Notes: a model not told the origin generated them from the letters alone. A DNA stretch of 64,000 nucleotides from an uncultured bacterium (GCA_943788175.1 CALSPG010000001.1:160001-224000), one strand, 5' to 3'; shown: positions 50,732 to 61,156, counted from the first letter of the stretch. Numbers and translations are program-made.

Positions 50732-52720
50732 TTACTTCATGAACGCCATCTTCTTCGTAACAGTTGAACTTCCATCTGTTAAAGTATAGAAGTAAATACC
50801 TGTAGAAGCAGATTGACCCATTTCATCAGTTCCATTCCAACGTAACTTGTGAGTACCAGCCAGCTTAACACCGTTAGCTAAAACTTTAACTTTCTGTCCA
50901 AGGACATTAAAAATCGTCAAGTTAACTGTTGAAGCTTGAGCAATACTAAACTCAATCTCAGTTGTTGGATTAAACGGATTCGGATAATTCTGCTTTAGTG
51001 CAAACTCTTTTGGTAAAGCTGTTGAATTATCTGTACCTAATGTAACTAATGACCAACGAGGATCTCCAATTGGGCCACCAGTTGTACTATGCGTAGCAGC
51101 TGTAGAAACAGAGCTATAGCTAGCATTGTAGTGCATAGGCCATTCAATCGTATTCATATTGCCATCATGCTCATATGACCAGTTATTATTAGCGCCAACA
51201 CCTTGAGTAGTTTGATCATCTCTGAAGTCCAATGTTCTTGCGAGCTGTTTTGTTATATACATCTCATCAAGCTGCATTTGTAAGTCAGACCAGTTTAAAA
51301 CTGCATTATTTGTGCTTGTAACACCTATACCGGCAGCGATTGTAGCTAAAGTTGAATCATCAGCCCATACCATCTGCTGAGCAGCGGTTAACATTGTGTC
51401 ATGAACAGTAACAGTAGTAGTACCGCCTGAACCAACATGTACAACGGTATCAGCTGCAGTAGTTACAAATATTGAATCAACACAACCAGAACCATCAGCC
51501 GCGTAAGCAGAAGTGATAGTATCAAAAACAGCTGGCGTAATAGTCATTGAATCCGGTGTAACAGTAGTTACGGTCCAAGACCAAGGATTGTTTGCCATAT
51601 TATTCATAAAGCCAGTTAATGCTGGGCTCCAAACAGCTGCATTGTTGCTCCAATTGATATTTCTATCATTCATATTAACAACTTGACCATCTGACATGAT
51701 ATAAGTACCCGCGGTTACTTGTTGGGTATCAGCAGGTGTGGTAATAGTCGTAGTAATTACACACTGATCTGAAGTATCAATTTGTACCACAGCAGGCGTA
51801 ATATCTTCAAATCCATCTGGGTTTACTATCCCGGCTTTTCTCAATGCCATTTGACCTACTCCGCCTTCCCACCAGACGCCCCATCCTGAAACATCATAGG
51901 TAGACTGACCGTAAGACTTTGTGTTATATAGAAGGTTGTTGGTAACCTGTAGGTTATTCTGTCCACGATACCAAATCATATCCATAACAACATTGGTAAA
52001 TGTGTTATGATCAATGATGCCATGATCAACGTGCTCATAAATTACTAAGGCCTCACCAATCACACCATCAACAGTATTTTGTCTAAATTCTAGTGTGTCA
52101 ATAGTACCCAACCAAGAACCGGCACCCCAGACTACACCACCATAAAACATTCCGCCTGGGCCATTAGTAAAAGCCTTAAAAACGGAATTCGTTATATGGA
52201 AATCTGTATTTTTTCCCAAAGTAAAAAAAGCTAGAAAATTAACATGCGAAACAATACAATTGTTAACGATGATTTTGTTATCGGTTGATGTTGCGCCTGC
52301 AATTTGAAGTGAACCCTCTTCACCAGATGCGTAAGCGTTAAGAATGAGGTTCTCCAACTTCAATTCAGCACCTGCACCCACTAGTGTAAAAAACAGTCCG
52401 TTTTGGTGTCCTAAAGCACCTTCAGCGTTAGCTAGAGGTTGAATGGTAACTGGTTTAACGTCAGCGCTTGCAGGAACTTCACCTATAATGTGAATTGCTT
52501 GGCCGGCATCTACCGGAATATGTTCCGATGTAAGCCATTTTCCGCCTGCGACTGATGGTAAGCTTAGTCTGTAAACGCCAGCTCCACCTGCTGTAATTGC
52601 TGCTTCAAGCTGTCCTGGCTGTGCGGCTGCATCCCAGACTACTTCAGTAGTATCTGCGAACAACGTTACAGAAGAAAAGGTAAGAGCAATTAAGCTATTT
52701 TTTAATAACGATTTTATCAT
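50732..52720 (-). CDS. Secreted parallel beta-helix-like protein with Thr-rich insertions and C-terminal T9SS-type/FlgD-Ig sorting domain
   Basis: AAGGAG RBS; signal peptide; Asn-ladder repeats (IIVNNCIV, FHITNSVF, IIDHNTF, QVTNNLLYN); GDPRW; FALKQNYPNPFNPTTEI..IFNVLGQKVKVL..GIYFYTL..TKKMAFMK. Confidence 0.8.
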   Translation of the reverse strand: MIKSLLKNSLIALTFSSVTLFADTTEVVWDAAAQPGQLEAAITAGGAGVYRLSLPSVAGGKWLTSEHIPVDAGQAIHIIGEVPASADVKPVTIQPLANAEGALGHQNGLFFTLVGAGAELKLENLILNAYASGEEGSLQIAGATSTDNKIIVNNCIVSHVNFLAFFTLGKNTDFHITNSVFKAFTNGPGGMFYGGVVWGAGSWLGTIDTLEFRQNTVDGVIGEALVIYEHVDHGIIDHNTFTNVVMDMIWYRGQNNLQVTNNLLYNTKSYGQSTYDVSGWGVWWEGGVGQMALRKAGIVNPDGFEDITPAVVQIDTSDQCVITTTITTPADTQQVTAGTYIMSDGQVVNMNDRNINWSNNAAVWSPALTGFMNNMANNPWSWTVTTVTPDSMTITPAVFDTITSAYAADGSGCVDSIFVTTAADTVVHVGSGGTTTVTVHDTMLTAAQQMVWADDSTLATIAAGIGVTSTNNAVLNWSDLQMQLDEMYITKQLARTLDFRDDQTTQGVGANNNWSYEHDGNMNTIEWPMHYNASYSSVSTAATHSTTGGPIGDPRWSLVTLGTDNSTALPKEFALKQNYPNPFNPTTEIEFSIAQASTVNLTIFNVLGQKVKVLANGVKLAGTHKLRWNGTDEMGQSASTGIYFYTLTDGSSTVTKKMAFMK

Positions 52721-52752
52721 TCGTTACTCCTTCATGTTGTTTTTTTTATTAG

Positions 52753-52784
52753 TGTCTTAAACTTAAGATACTATATATTTATAG
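52753..52784. promoter_or_regulatory. Palindromic candidate operator/promoter motif, copy 2
   Basis: TGTCTTA-AACT-TAAGATA plus CTATA-TATT-TATAG; 27/32 identity with 43636-43667. Confidence 0.55.
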
Positions 52785-52862
52785 CATCTTAAAGATTAAA
52801 TTAATGCTTCTTAACTATGTTCGTCAATACATTTATTAAAACCATAAAAAGTCTAAAATTTT

Positions 52863-55349
52863 ATGAAAACTAAAATAGTTGAACGTTTAATCGAAGGATG
52901 GGAATTCAAGGAAGTCTCTTCAAAGACTTGGATGCCAGCTTCAGTACCTGGCTGCGTTCATACCGACCTATACAATAACAATGAAATAGTAGACCCATTT
53001 GTTGGTACCAATGAAATTGATCTCCAGTGGATAGGAAATAAAAGTTGGATATATAGAACAAAATTTAAAATCGACAGAAACCTTTTTAAAATGGAAACTA
53101 TTTTTTTAAACTTCTTAGGATTAGATACATACGCTAAGGTCAGTCTAAACAATGTAGACATTTTAGACGCTGATAATATGTTTCGTGCATGGACAGTCAA
53201 CGTTAAAGAAATAATTACAGAAAATGAAAATGAGCTCATAATTAAATTTGATTCTCCAATTGAAAAAATCTTGCCTTTAATGAAATCAATTGATTATGAA
53301 TTGCCTGCGGATAATGATCAAATAAAAAAAACTAGTCCTTACACTCGCAAGGCTCCCTACCATTACGGTTGGGACTGGGGGCCAAGCTTTGCAACCTCAG
53401 GAATTTGGCAACATGTAGAATTGATTGGTTATAATTCTTTTACAATTAAAGATTTGTTTATTAATCAAATGAAAACCGATAAAATAAGTTCACAGATTGA
53501 GTGTAACGTTTTTGTTCACTCAGAACGCAGATGTAAAGCTGACCTATTGATCAAAGAGCAAAAAAGTAATATAAACATTGTAAAGTCTATCGATTTATCT
53601 CCTGGAATTAATCAAATAAAAAAGATTGTTGAAATATCTAAACCTGATCTTTGGTGGCCGAATGGTCATGGCCAACAAAATATGTACGAATTCAATGTAA
53701 AAGTGGAATCGGTTGATTACTATGAATCTATTAAAAAAAGAGTTGGGTTGAGAGATTTTAAAGTTGAACAAAAAATAGATAAAAAAGGATCTAGTTTTAC
53801 ATTTGTTGTCAATGGTAAACCAATTTTTTCAAAAGGAGCGAATTGGATTCCAGCAGATTCTTTTACAACCAGATTAACTAAAAAAAATTATTATACATTA
53901 TTAAAAAGCGCGGTTGATGCTAATATGAATACACTACGAGTGTGGGGTGGTGGAATATATGAAAGTGATGATTTTTATGATTTATGCGACGAAATGGGAT
54001 TAATCGTTTGGCAGGATTTTATGTTCGCATGCACACTCTATCCCGGAGATAAAGATTTTTTAGAAAGCGTTAGAAAGGAAGCAGAATATCAAGTTTCTAG
54101 ATTAAGAAATCACCCTTCAATAGGGTTATGGTGTGGGAATAATGAAATTGCGTGGGCTTGGCATAATTGGGGCTGGAAAGATAGATTTCCTGAGCAACTT
54201 TATTATAATGATTATAATTCATTGTTCCATAATGTTTTGCCGAGTGTTTGTAATGAGTTTGATCCCAATCGGTTATATTGGCCTTCTTCGCCTGGAGATA
54301 GTGATATGTTACCAACTGTTGGGCAGCAATTTGGTAGTGGTGATAATCATTACTGGGGTGTATGGCATAGCGGAGACAAATTTGTTGCATTCGAAAGCAA
54401 TATTGGGCGCTTTATGTCTGAATTTGGCATGCAATCTTTTCCAGATTTAAAAACTATAGACTATTTTTGCGAAGATAAAGATCAAAGTATTAATTCAACT
54501 GTCATAAAACAACATCAAAAAGCATCCTTAGGCAACGATAACGTTATGAAATACATCCTAATGTATTTTAAACCACCAAAAGACTTTTACTCATTCGTTT
54601 TGTCAAGTCAGATTATGGCTGGTGAAGCTATAAAAATAGCTGCCGAGGCGCATAGAAGGAATATGCCTTACTGCATGGGCTCATTATATTGGCAATTAAA
54701 CGATTGCTGGCCTGGGGCATCTTGGTCATCCTTAGATTATTTCGGTAACTGGAAAGCATTGCATTATTATGCTAAAGAATTTTTTAAACCTCTTTTGATT
54801 TCATTTGAAGAGGAAGAAGACGGTGTGAGCATATATATTGTTAATGACGGCAACATTATAAATAATGCATTAATATTTTTTGAGGTGCGCAATTTTAATA
54901 ACGTTGTTGAGTATAGTCATGATTTACCTTTGGATATTAAACCTAATGAATCAAAAAAAGTTTTTTTTGAAAAAAAGAAAGTCTTATTTGCAAAAAGTAA
55001 AAAGAATAATATTTTACTAAGGGCTAAGATAGTTTTGAATGATGAAACTATCTCATCAAGCGATTATCTTTTTGATATTCCAAAAAATTTGAAGATTCCT
55101 AAGCAAAATTTTTCTACAATCATAGAAAAATTTGGAAACAGAATTAAAATTAAAATTAATTCTAAATCGTTCTTGTACAAATTTCATATCCTTTGTTCCA
55201 ATGATACGGGTCGATTTGATGATAACTATTTTAATATGCTTCCTGGCGAAGAAAAAACGATCCTATTTTTTCCATCGATTAATTTAAAAGGTAATATAAA
55301 TTTTGAGCCAAAGTTTATATTTAATAGTGTTGAAGGCTTAAGTAATTAA
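52863..55349 (+). CDS. Beta-mannosidase, GH2
   Basis: RKAPYHYGWDWGP, KGANWIPAD, LRVWGGGIYE, WQDFMFAC, WCGNNE (acid/base), RFMSEFG (nucleophile), YWQLNDCWP. Confidence 0.93.
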   Translation: MKTKIVERLIEGWEFKEVSSKTWMPASVPGCVHTDLYNNNEIVDPFVGTNEIDLQWIGNKSWIYRTKFKIDRNLFKMETIFLNFLGLDTYAKVSLNNVDILDADNMFRAWTVNVKEIITENENELIIKFDSPIEKILPLMKSIDYELPADNDQIKKTSPYTRKAPYHYGWDWGPSFATSGIWQHVELIGYNSFTIKDLFINQMKTDKISSQIECNVFVHSERRCKADLLIKEQKSNINIVKSIDLSPGINQIKKIVEISKPDLWWPNGHGQQNMYEFNVKVESVDYYESIKKRVGLRDFKVEQKIDKKGSSFTFVVNGKPIFSKGANWIPADSFTTRLTKKNYYTLLKSAVDANMNTLRVWGGGIYESDDFYDLCDEMGLIVWQDFMFACTLYPGDKDFLESVRKEAEYQVSRLRNHPSIGLWCGNNEIAWAWHNWGWKDRFPEQLYYNDYNSLFHNVLPSVCNEFDPNRLYWPSSPGDSDMLPTVGQQFGSGDNHYWGVWHSGDKFVAFESNIGRFMSEFGMQSFPDLKTIDYFCEDKDQSINSTVIKQHQKASLGNDNVMKYILMYFKPPKDFYSFVLSSQIMAGEAIKIAAEAHRRNMPYCMGSLYWQLNDCWPGASWSSLDYFGNWKALHYYAKEFFKPLLISFEEEEDGVSIYIVNDGNIINNALIFFEVRNFNNVVEYSHDLPLDIKPNESKKVFFEKKKVLFAKSKKNNILLRAKIVLNDETISSSDYLFDIPKNLKIPKQNFSTIIEKFGNRIKIKINSKSFLYKFHILCSNDTGRFDDNYFNMLPGEEKTILFFPSINLKGNINFEPKFIFNSVEGLSN

Positions 55350-55366
55350 TAATAATTGGAGATATA

Positions 55367-56056
55367 ATGACGTTAGAAAATGACATACGAATGGATAGGT
55401 TAGACAAAACAAAAGAGGCCGCTACGAAAGTTAATGAATCGCTAGATTGGCCAAATCTCATAAAATTCAGAAAAGAAAATGATGAGATTAGAAAAACTGG
55501 TTTGAAAGTTAAAATTGTATTTATGGGTGATTCGATTACTGAGGGTTGGTCATTAAGTGACCCCGATTTTTTTAAAAAGAACAGTTTTGTTAATCGTGGT
55601 ATTGGAGGTCAAACTTCACCACAAATGCTATTAAGATTCAAACAAGACGCAATTCATCTTAATCCTAATATGGTGATAATAAATGCTGGAACAAATGATA
55701 TAGCGGAAAATACTGGTCCATCTAATCAAGAAATGATAATCGACAACATAACATCAATGGCTGAAATTTGTATGAAAAACAACATTGATGTTGCACTTTC
55801 TACTATTCTTCCAGTCTTTAAGTACTCTTGGAATGAAAATATTATAAATGTTCCAGAAAAAATTTCGAGTGTTAATAAGATCCTTAAAAAGTATACGGAA
55901 AATAACAATATACAGTTTATAGACTATTATTCTTCAATGGTTGATGAGCAAAAAGGGTTGATGTCTGCATATGGTACTGATGGTGTTCATCCAACAAAAG
56001 AAGGGTATAAAGTAATGGCGGATACGTTAAGAAATACAATTGCAGGGGTACAATGA
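55367..56056 (+). CDS. SGNH/GDSL acetylesterase
   Basis: FMGDSITEGW, NRGIGGQTSPQMLLRF, AGTNDIA, DGVHP. Confidence 0.88.
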   Translation: MTLENDIRMDRLDKTKEAATKVNESLDWPNLIKFRKENDEIRKTGLKVKIVFMGDSITEGWSLSDPDFFKKNSFVNRGIGGQTSPQMLLRFKQDAIHLNPNMVIINAGTNDIAENTGPSNQEMIIDNITSMAEICMKNNIDVALSTILPVFKYSWNENIINVPEKISSVNKILKKYTENNNIQFIDYYSSMVDEQKGLMSAYGTDGVHPTKEGYKVMADTLRNTIAGVQ

Positions 56057-57162
56057 ATTTTCAATTGATTGTTAAAATTTGTTTATTATTGATTTCAATT
56101 GTTTCTCCAATTTTTAGCCAAGGTTTTTGGGGTAATGAGTTTCCAGAAGGGAAAATTGAATACGAGCCGAAGTCATATGTTTGTTATAAAACTGTTCAAC
56201 CTGTAATACTTGATGGTAAAATCACCGAAAAAGCTTGGGCAGATATTCCCTGGACAGATTCTTTTGTTGATATTGAAGGTTCTTTAAAGCCAAGGCCATA
56301 TAATGATACGAAAGTAAAAATGCTTTGGGATCGGGATTATTTTTATTTTGCTGTGTACATGAAAGAGCCACATGTCTGGGCAACAATAAAAGAAAGGGAT
56401 GCAGTAATCTATAAAGACAATGATTTTGAGATATTTTTAGATCCAGACGGAGACACTCATAACTATTACGAGCTAGAGGTTAATGCTTATGGAACAGAAT
56501 GGGATTTGTTAATTACTAAGCCTTATCATGATGGTGGAAAAGTAGCCTTAGATTCTTGGGATATACCTGGTTTAATTACAAGTGTACACATTGATGGTAC
56601 ATTGAATGATGCTTCGGATCTTGATAGCGGATGGAGCATTGAAATCGCGATTCCTTGGAAGGCCTTCATTGGAAATTACCGTTCTAATAATCCACCAAAA
56701 GATGGTGAGCAATGGAAAATTAATTTTAGTAGAGTCCATTGGGAAACGAATATTATTAATTCAGCTTATGTAAAAACTGAGAGGCCCGAATATAATTGGG
56801 TATGGTCACCTCAGGGTGTAATATACATGCACATGCCTGATCTTTGGGGCTTGGTACAATTTACAGAAAATATCATTGGTAAAGAGGTTGTACAATTCAA
56901 GTATAGTAAGATTGATAAGATAAAATGGAGCCTAAGACAGGTATATTACAAGCAGCGAAATTATTTTTTTGCGAATCAAAAATATTCTGATTCAATTAGA
57001 GAATTAAATTTCTTTAAAGATTTAAAATTGAAAAAAACACCTTTTAATGGAGTTTCTTGGCCGCCAAAAATTACATTAACACCCTCAGGCTGGGAAGCTT
57101 TTGTAACATGGGAAAATAAAAATATTATCATTCGCAAGGATGGAAGGGTGTGGGTTGAATGA
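56053..57162 (+). CDS. Carbohydrate-binding family 9-like exported protein
   Basis: LDGKITEKAW, TKVKMLWD, DNDFEIFLDPDGD, WSIEIAIPW, WKINFSRV, NWVWSPQG. Confidence 0.85.
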   Translation: MNFQLIVKICLLLISIVSPIFSQGFWGNEFPEGKIEYEPKSYVCYKTVQPVILDGKITEKAWADIPWTDSFVDIEGSLKPRPYNDTKVKMLWDRDYFYFAVYMKEPHVWATIKERDAVIYKDNDFEIFLDPDGDTHNYYELEVNAYGTEWDLLITKPYHDGGKVALDSWDIPGLITSVHIDGTLNDASDLDSGWSIEIAIPWKAFIGNYRSNNPPKDGEQWKINFSRVHWETNIINSAYVKTERPEYNWVWSPQGVIYMHMPDLWGLVQFTENIIGKEVVQFKYSKIDKIKWSLRQVYYKQRNYFFANQKYSDSIRELNFFKDLKLKKTPFNGVSWPPKITLTPSGWEAFVTWENKNIIIRKDGRVWVE

Positions 57163-59231
57163 ACTTATCATTTATTGATTGGATGATTGTAATAATTGTT
57201 CTTGTTGGTATGATTTACTCAGTTAATCTAACCAAAGGATTAATGAAAAGTGTAAGTGATTTTTTATCTGCTGGAAGAACAGCTGGCAGATATGTTTTAT
57301 CTATTTCAAGTGGCGTAGCGGGACTAGGTGCTATTTCCATTGTGATGTTTTTAGAAATGGGATATGTCGCAGGATTTTCATTGTCATGGTGGGGTTTAAG
57401 CCAAGGTATAATTCTTTTAGCTATTACAATGTCTGGATGGGTAATTTATCGTTTCAGGATGACTCGAAGTCTCACGTTGGCTCAGTTTTTTGAAAAAAGA
57501 TATAGTCGAAAATTTAGAATATTTGCAGGCCTAGTGGCTTTTTTTGCTGGCCTCATTAATTTTGGAATATTTCCTGCAGTTGGGGCACAGTTTTTTATAA
57601 ACTTTTGTGGTTTACCAGAGTACTTGTTAGGTCTACCGATGTATCCTCTAGTGATGATAGTATTATTAGGAATTGCATTGTATTTTGTATACACAGGTGG
57701 TCAAATAGCTGTAATAATTGCTGATTTTTTTCAAGGTGTTTTTGTAACAATTATATTATTTATTATTACTTTGTATTTGCTTTTTAGTATTGGTTGGGAT
57801 CAGGTTTCTGATTCGTTGCAAAATACACCTATAAAACTGGCAAAAGAAGAAATTCAGGTTCTCAAAGGTGATGCGTCTTTTCAGTTGTTATCAAAAGAAG
57901 AACAAACATTACAAACTGATGAAATTAATGTAAAATATGAAAATTCTTCTCGCATAAATCCATTTAAAACTAGTCATGTGGAGGATTTTAATTTGTGGTA
58001 TTTTCTCATCGGTATCATAGGAGTTATGTATGGCGCCCTAAGCTGGCAAGGGTCTCAAGGGTATAACTCATCAGCAAAAAATGCTCATGAAGCGAAAATG
58101 GGTGTTGTTTTAGCAGGCTGGAGAGGTATTCCCCAAGGGATGTTTATGTTTTTAGTCCCTGTGCTTGTTTATGTTTTAATGAATCACCCTGATTATCAAC
58201 ATATAGCTGATTCAGTCAATGCTTCGCTAGCTTCTTTATCTTCAGATACTTTGCAAGGTCAAATGAGAGCTCCTTTTGTACTATCTGAAATATTACCCGT
58301 TGGATTAATTGGTGCATTCGCGGCCTTGATGCTTGCTGCTTTTATCAGTACACATGACACGTACTTGCATTCATGGGGTTCTATATTTATTCAAGATGTC
58401 ATTATGCCTTTCCGAAAAAAACCATTTGATAAAGAAACGCATATAAAAGTTTTAAGATATTCTATTTTTGGAGTTGCTGTTTTTATATTCCTATTTAGCT
58501 TACTCTTTAGCCAGAGTCAAAAGATTGCACTTTACTTTGCGGTTACTGCTGCTATTTTTGCTGGAGGATGTGGTGCTGTAATTATTGGTGGTTTGTATTG
58601 GAATAAAGGTACAACAGCGGCTGCTTGGACCGCAATGATAATTGGAGCTGTAATTGGGGTTTCCGGTACACTGATCAAGCAAATTTCTGATATCTGGTTA
58701 CTAGACGTAAGTAGTTATAGTCAGCTAAAAACAATTTTAATATTTTTAAAAAATATTAATGGTCAAGAATACTGGGGCCTAGGTATGGCCTCTTCATCAA
58801 TATCCTACATCGTAGTATCTCTTTTATTCCCTGAAAAACTAGTAAATATGGATAAGTTATTAAATAGAGGGGAATATAGCATTGATGGAGAAGTTAATGT
58901 AGTCGATGAGCAAGTTAAAAGAGGTTGGAAGGTTTTTGGAATGGGAAAAGAATTCACTAAGAATGATAAACTAATTTACATTCTTAATTATGCATGGACT
59001 GGATTCTGGACCTTGGTGTTTATTATTGGAACAGTTTATAATTTATCAAACCCTGTCAGTGACGATGCTTGGATGAAATTCTGGGAGTATTATATTTACA
59101 TTCATTTAATACTATCAGGCATTGTTTTAATATGGTTCACCCTAGGAGGGTTTTACGATCTAAAAAGCATGATAAATGCTTTAAAATCTGATGTAAGAGA
59201 TCACGGGGATTCAGGATGGGTAGACAGCTAA
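57159..59231 (+). CDS. Sodium:solute symporter family transporter
   Basis: DFLSAGR, TLAQFFEKRYS, LPVGLIGAFAALMLAAFIST; many TM segments. Confidence 0.92.
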   Translation: MNLSFIDWMIVIIVLVGMIYSVNLTKGLMKSVSDFLSAGRTAGRYVLSISSGVAGLGAISIVMFLEMGYVAGFSLSWWGLSQGIILLAITMSGWVIYRFRMTRSLTLAQFFEKRYSRKFRIFAGLVAFFAGLINFGIFPAVGAQFFINFCGLPEYLLGLPMYPLVMIVLLGIALYFVYTGGQIAVIIADFFQGVFVTIILFIITLYLLFSIGWDQVSDSLQNTPIKLAKEEIQVLKGDASFQLLSKEEQTLQTDEINVKYENSSRINPFKTSHVEDFNLWYFLIGIIGVMYGALSWQGSQGYNSSAKNAHEAKMGVVLAGWRGIPQGMFMFLVPVLVYVLMNHPDYQHIADSVNASLASLSSDTLQGQMRAPFVLSEILPVGLIGAFAALMLAAFISTHDTYLHSWGSIFIQDVIMPFRKKPFDKETHIKVLRYSIFGVAVFIFLFSLLFSQSQKIALYFAVTAAIFAGGCGAVIIGGLYWNKGTTAAAWTAMIIGAVIGVSGTLIKQISDIWLLDVSSYSQLKTILIFLKNINGQEYWGLGMASSSISYIVVSLLFPEKLVNMDKLLNRGEYSIDGEVNVVDEQVKRGWKVFGMGKEFTKNDKLIYILNYAWTGFWTLVFIIGTVYNLSNPVSDDAWMKFWEYYIYIHLILSGIVLIWFTLGGFYDLKSMINALKSDVRDHGDSGWVDS

Positions 59232-59246
59232 GGAGAAAATAATCAC

Positions 59247-60335
59247 GTGAAACATATATTAATTGTTATTGGCTATTTTATAATATTTACTGGATGCAGG
59301 CACGATGAATCGAAATTGGGAAAAGCAGTTGATCAAATGGAGCCGAATGAAATGATTGGCTACGTACCCAACAACCAAAAGTTAGGGATGAAGTGGCTAT
59401 TAAATAATATGCTCGAGGATGATAAGAAAACCTTGAGTGTTAGGTTTCTTTTAGATAATTGCATTTACGCATACAAGGCCTGGGAAAACACTCCCTGGGG
59501 TAGCGTTAATGATTCATTGTTTTTTGAGTATGTACTCCCTTATTCAAGTTTAAATGAGAGAAGAGATAATTGGAGACTGGATTTTTACGAGCGTTTTTAT
59601 CCAATTGTGAAAAATGCCAAATCTGCTTACGAAGCAGCAGCTATCTTAAACAATAATATTTTTGAGATGGTTGGAGTCATTTACTCCACAAAAAGACCAA
59701 AAGCAGATCAGTCACCATACGAAAGTATTGAGGCAGGTTTAGCTTCTTGCACAGGACTGAGTTTTATGTTAATTGATGCGTGTAGAAGCGTTGGGATACC
59801 TGCTAGGTTTGTTGGTACCCCATCTTGGTATAATAATAGTGGAAATCATTCTTGGGTAGAAATTTGGGATAATGGGTGGCATTTTACAGGCGCTTATGAA
59901 CCAACTGGCGACAAGCTAAATGATGGTTGGTTTACTGATTTAGCGGCCAGAGCTGTTGAAGGGCATCCTAAATATGGCATTTATGCTTCTACTTGGAAGG
60001 AAACGGACATTTATTTTCCAATGGATTGGAAACCTGGTGTAAATAAATACTTTGCAGTGGATGTTACACCAAGGTATCAAAATTTTCTAGATAGTAATCT
60101 TATTCCACTTCGCATAAAGGTTGTGGATTCAAATGGTGAAAGAAAAAGAATTTTAGTCAGTGTAAGTGGTGATAACGATTTTTCATTTGCGGGGTACTCA
60201 AAGGATGAAAAAAATGATTCAAACGACCATCTAACTCTTTACTTACCCGAAAGTAATTCGTTTATAATAAAAGTCAATCAATACTCAAAGACTGTTATAC
60301 TAAATAAGGAAGAGTTAATTGAAATTAAGATTTAA
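59247..60335 (+). CDS. Transglutaminase-like (Cys-His) domain lipoprotein
   Basis: AAGGAG RBS; FTGC lipobox; FFEYVLPY..NERRDNWR; ASCTGLS..ACRSVGIPARFVG..NHSWVEIWDNGWHF. Confidence 0.85.
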   Translation: MKHILIVIGYFIIFTGCRHDESKLGKAVDQMEPNEMIGYVPNNQKLGMKWLLNNMLEDDKKTLSVRFLLDNCIYAYKAWENTPWGSVNDSLFFEYVLPYSSLNERRDNWRLDFYERFYPIVKNAKSAYEAAAILNNNIFEMVGVIYSTKRPKADQSPYESIEAGLASCTGLSFMLIDACRSVGIPARFVGTPSWYNNSGNHSWVEIWDNGWHFTGAYEPTGDKLNDGWFTDLAARAVEGHPKYGIYASTWKETDIYFPMDWKPGVNKYFAVDVTPRYQNFLDSNLIPLRIKVVDSNGERKRILVSVSGDNDFSFAGYSKDEKNDSNDHLTLYLPESNSFIIKVNQYSKTVILNKEELIEIKI

Positions 60336-60390
60336 AAACTTTAATGTATTTCATAATCAGATTAAATCTATTATTTAATAAATAAGTTTT

Positions 60391-61152
60391 ATGATTGATG
60401 ATTTTTCAAAAAATGGATATTATTTAAAAAAAACAATTTTTAGTAAGTCTCTTATTAATTTATATGAAAGTGAATTTGATAAGATTGTCCATCAGCTTAA
60501 AAAAAGTAGGGAGGATATAAATGCTCGATGGGGAAGCAAGTTAACATCTAATATTGAACCTGATGATAGCTTTGTCATTCATACTCATAATGTCCAGAGC
60601 TATTCTTCGGTCTTGCTCCAGATGATACAAAATAATAGCTTCTTAGATGAGGTTGAAAAAATTATAGGCCCCGATATTATTCTTCATCATACAAAGCTGT
60701 TCGAAAAACCACCGATAATAGGAGCTGCCTTTCCTTTGCACCAAGATTGGTCTTATTTCCCTACAAGGAATAATTCAATGATTGCAGCGGTTATCCACCT
60801 ATCAAGATCGGATGAAGATATGGGTTGCATGAGAATTATTCCTAAATCACATAAACTCGGAAAAATTAAAAACAGTGATGGGCATAGATATAACTCTAAG
60901 ATTCATAATAAGTATAAGTTAGAAGATGCAATACCAATAGAAGCTAACCCAGGTGATGTTCTTTTTTTTCATTGTTGCAGCCTACATGGTTCAATGTCAA
61001 ATTTATCAACTAAACCTAGAAAGAGCATTTTAGTGCAATTATATTCTGGTCAAGATGAAGTTGAAGAGGGAAATAATCATACGAATGCTCAACTAGTGTT
61101 AAGAGGTTTTAATTATTCTTCAACTCGCTCATCTGTTAATGTAAAAATATGA
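60391..61152 (+). CDS. PhyH-family Fe(II)/2-oxoglutarate dioxygenase 1
   Basis: LHQDWSY, GCMRIIPKSHK, GDVLFFH..HGS..N..PRKS. Confidence 0.9.
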   Translation: MIDDFSKNGYYLKKTIFSKSLINLYESEFDKIVHQLKKSREDINARWGSKLTSNIEPDDSFVIHTHNVQSYSSVLLQMIQNNSFLDEVEKIIGPDIILHHTKLFEKPPIIGAAFPLHQDWSYFPTRNNSMIAAVIHLSRSDEDMGCMRIIPKSHKLGKIKNSDGHRYNSKIHNKYKLEDAIPIEANPGDVLFFHCCSLHGSMSNLSTKPRKSILVQLYSGQDEVEEGNNHTNAQLVLRGFNYSSTRSSVNVKI

Positions 61153-61156
61153 ATAA

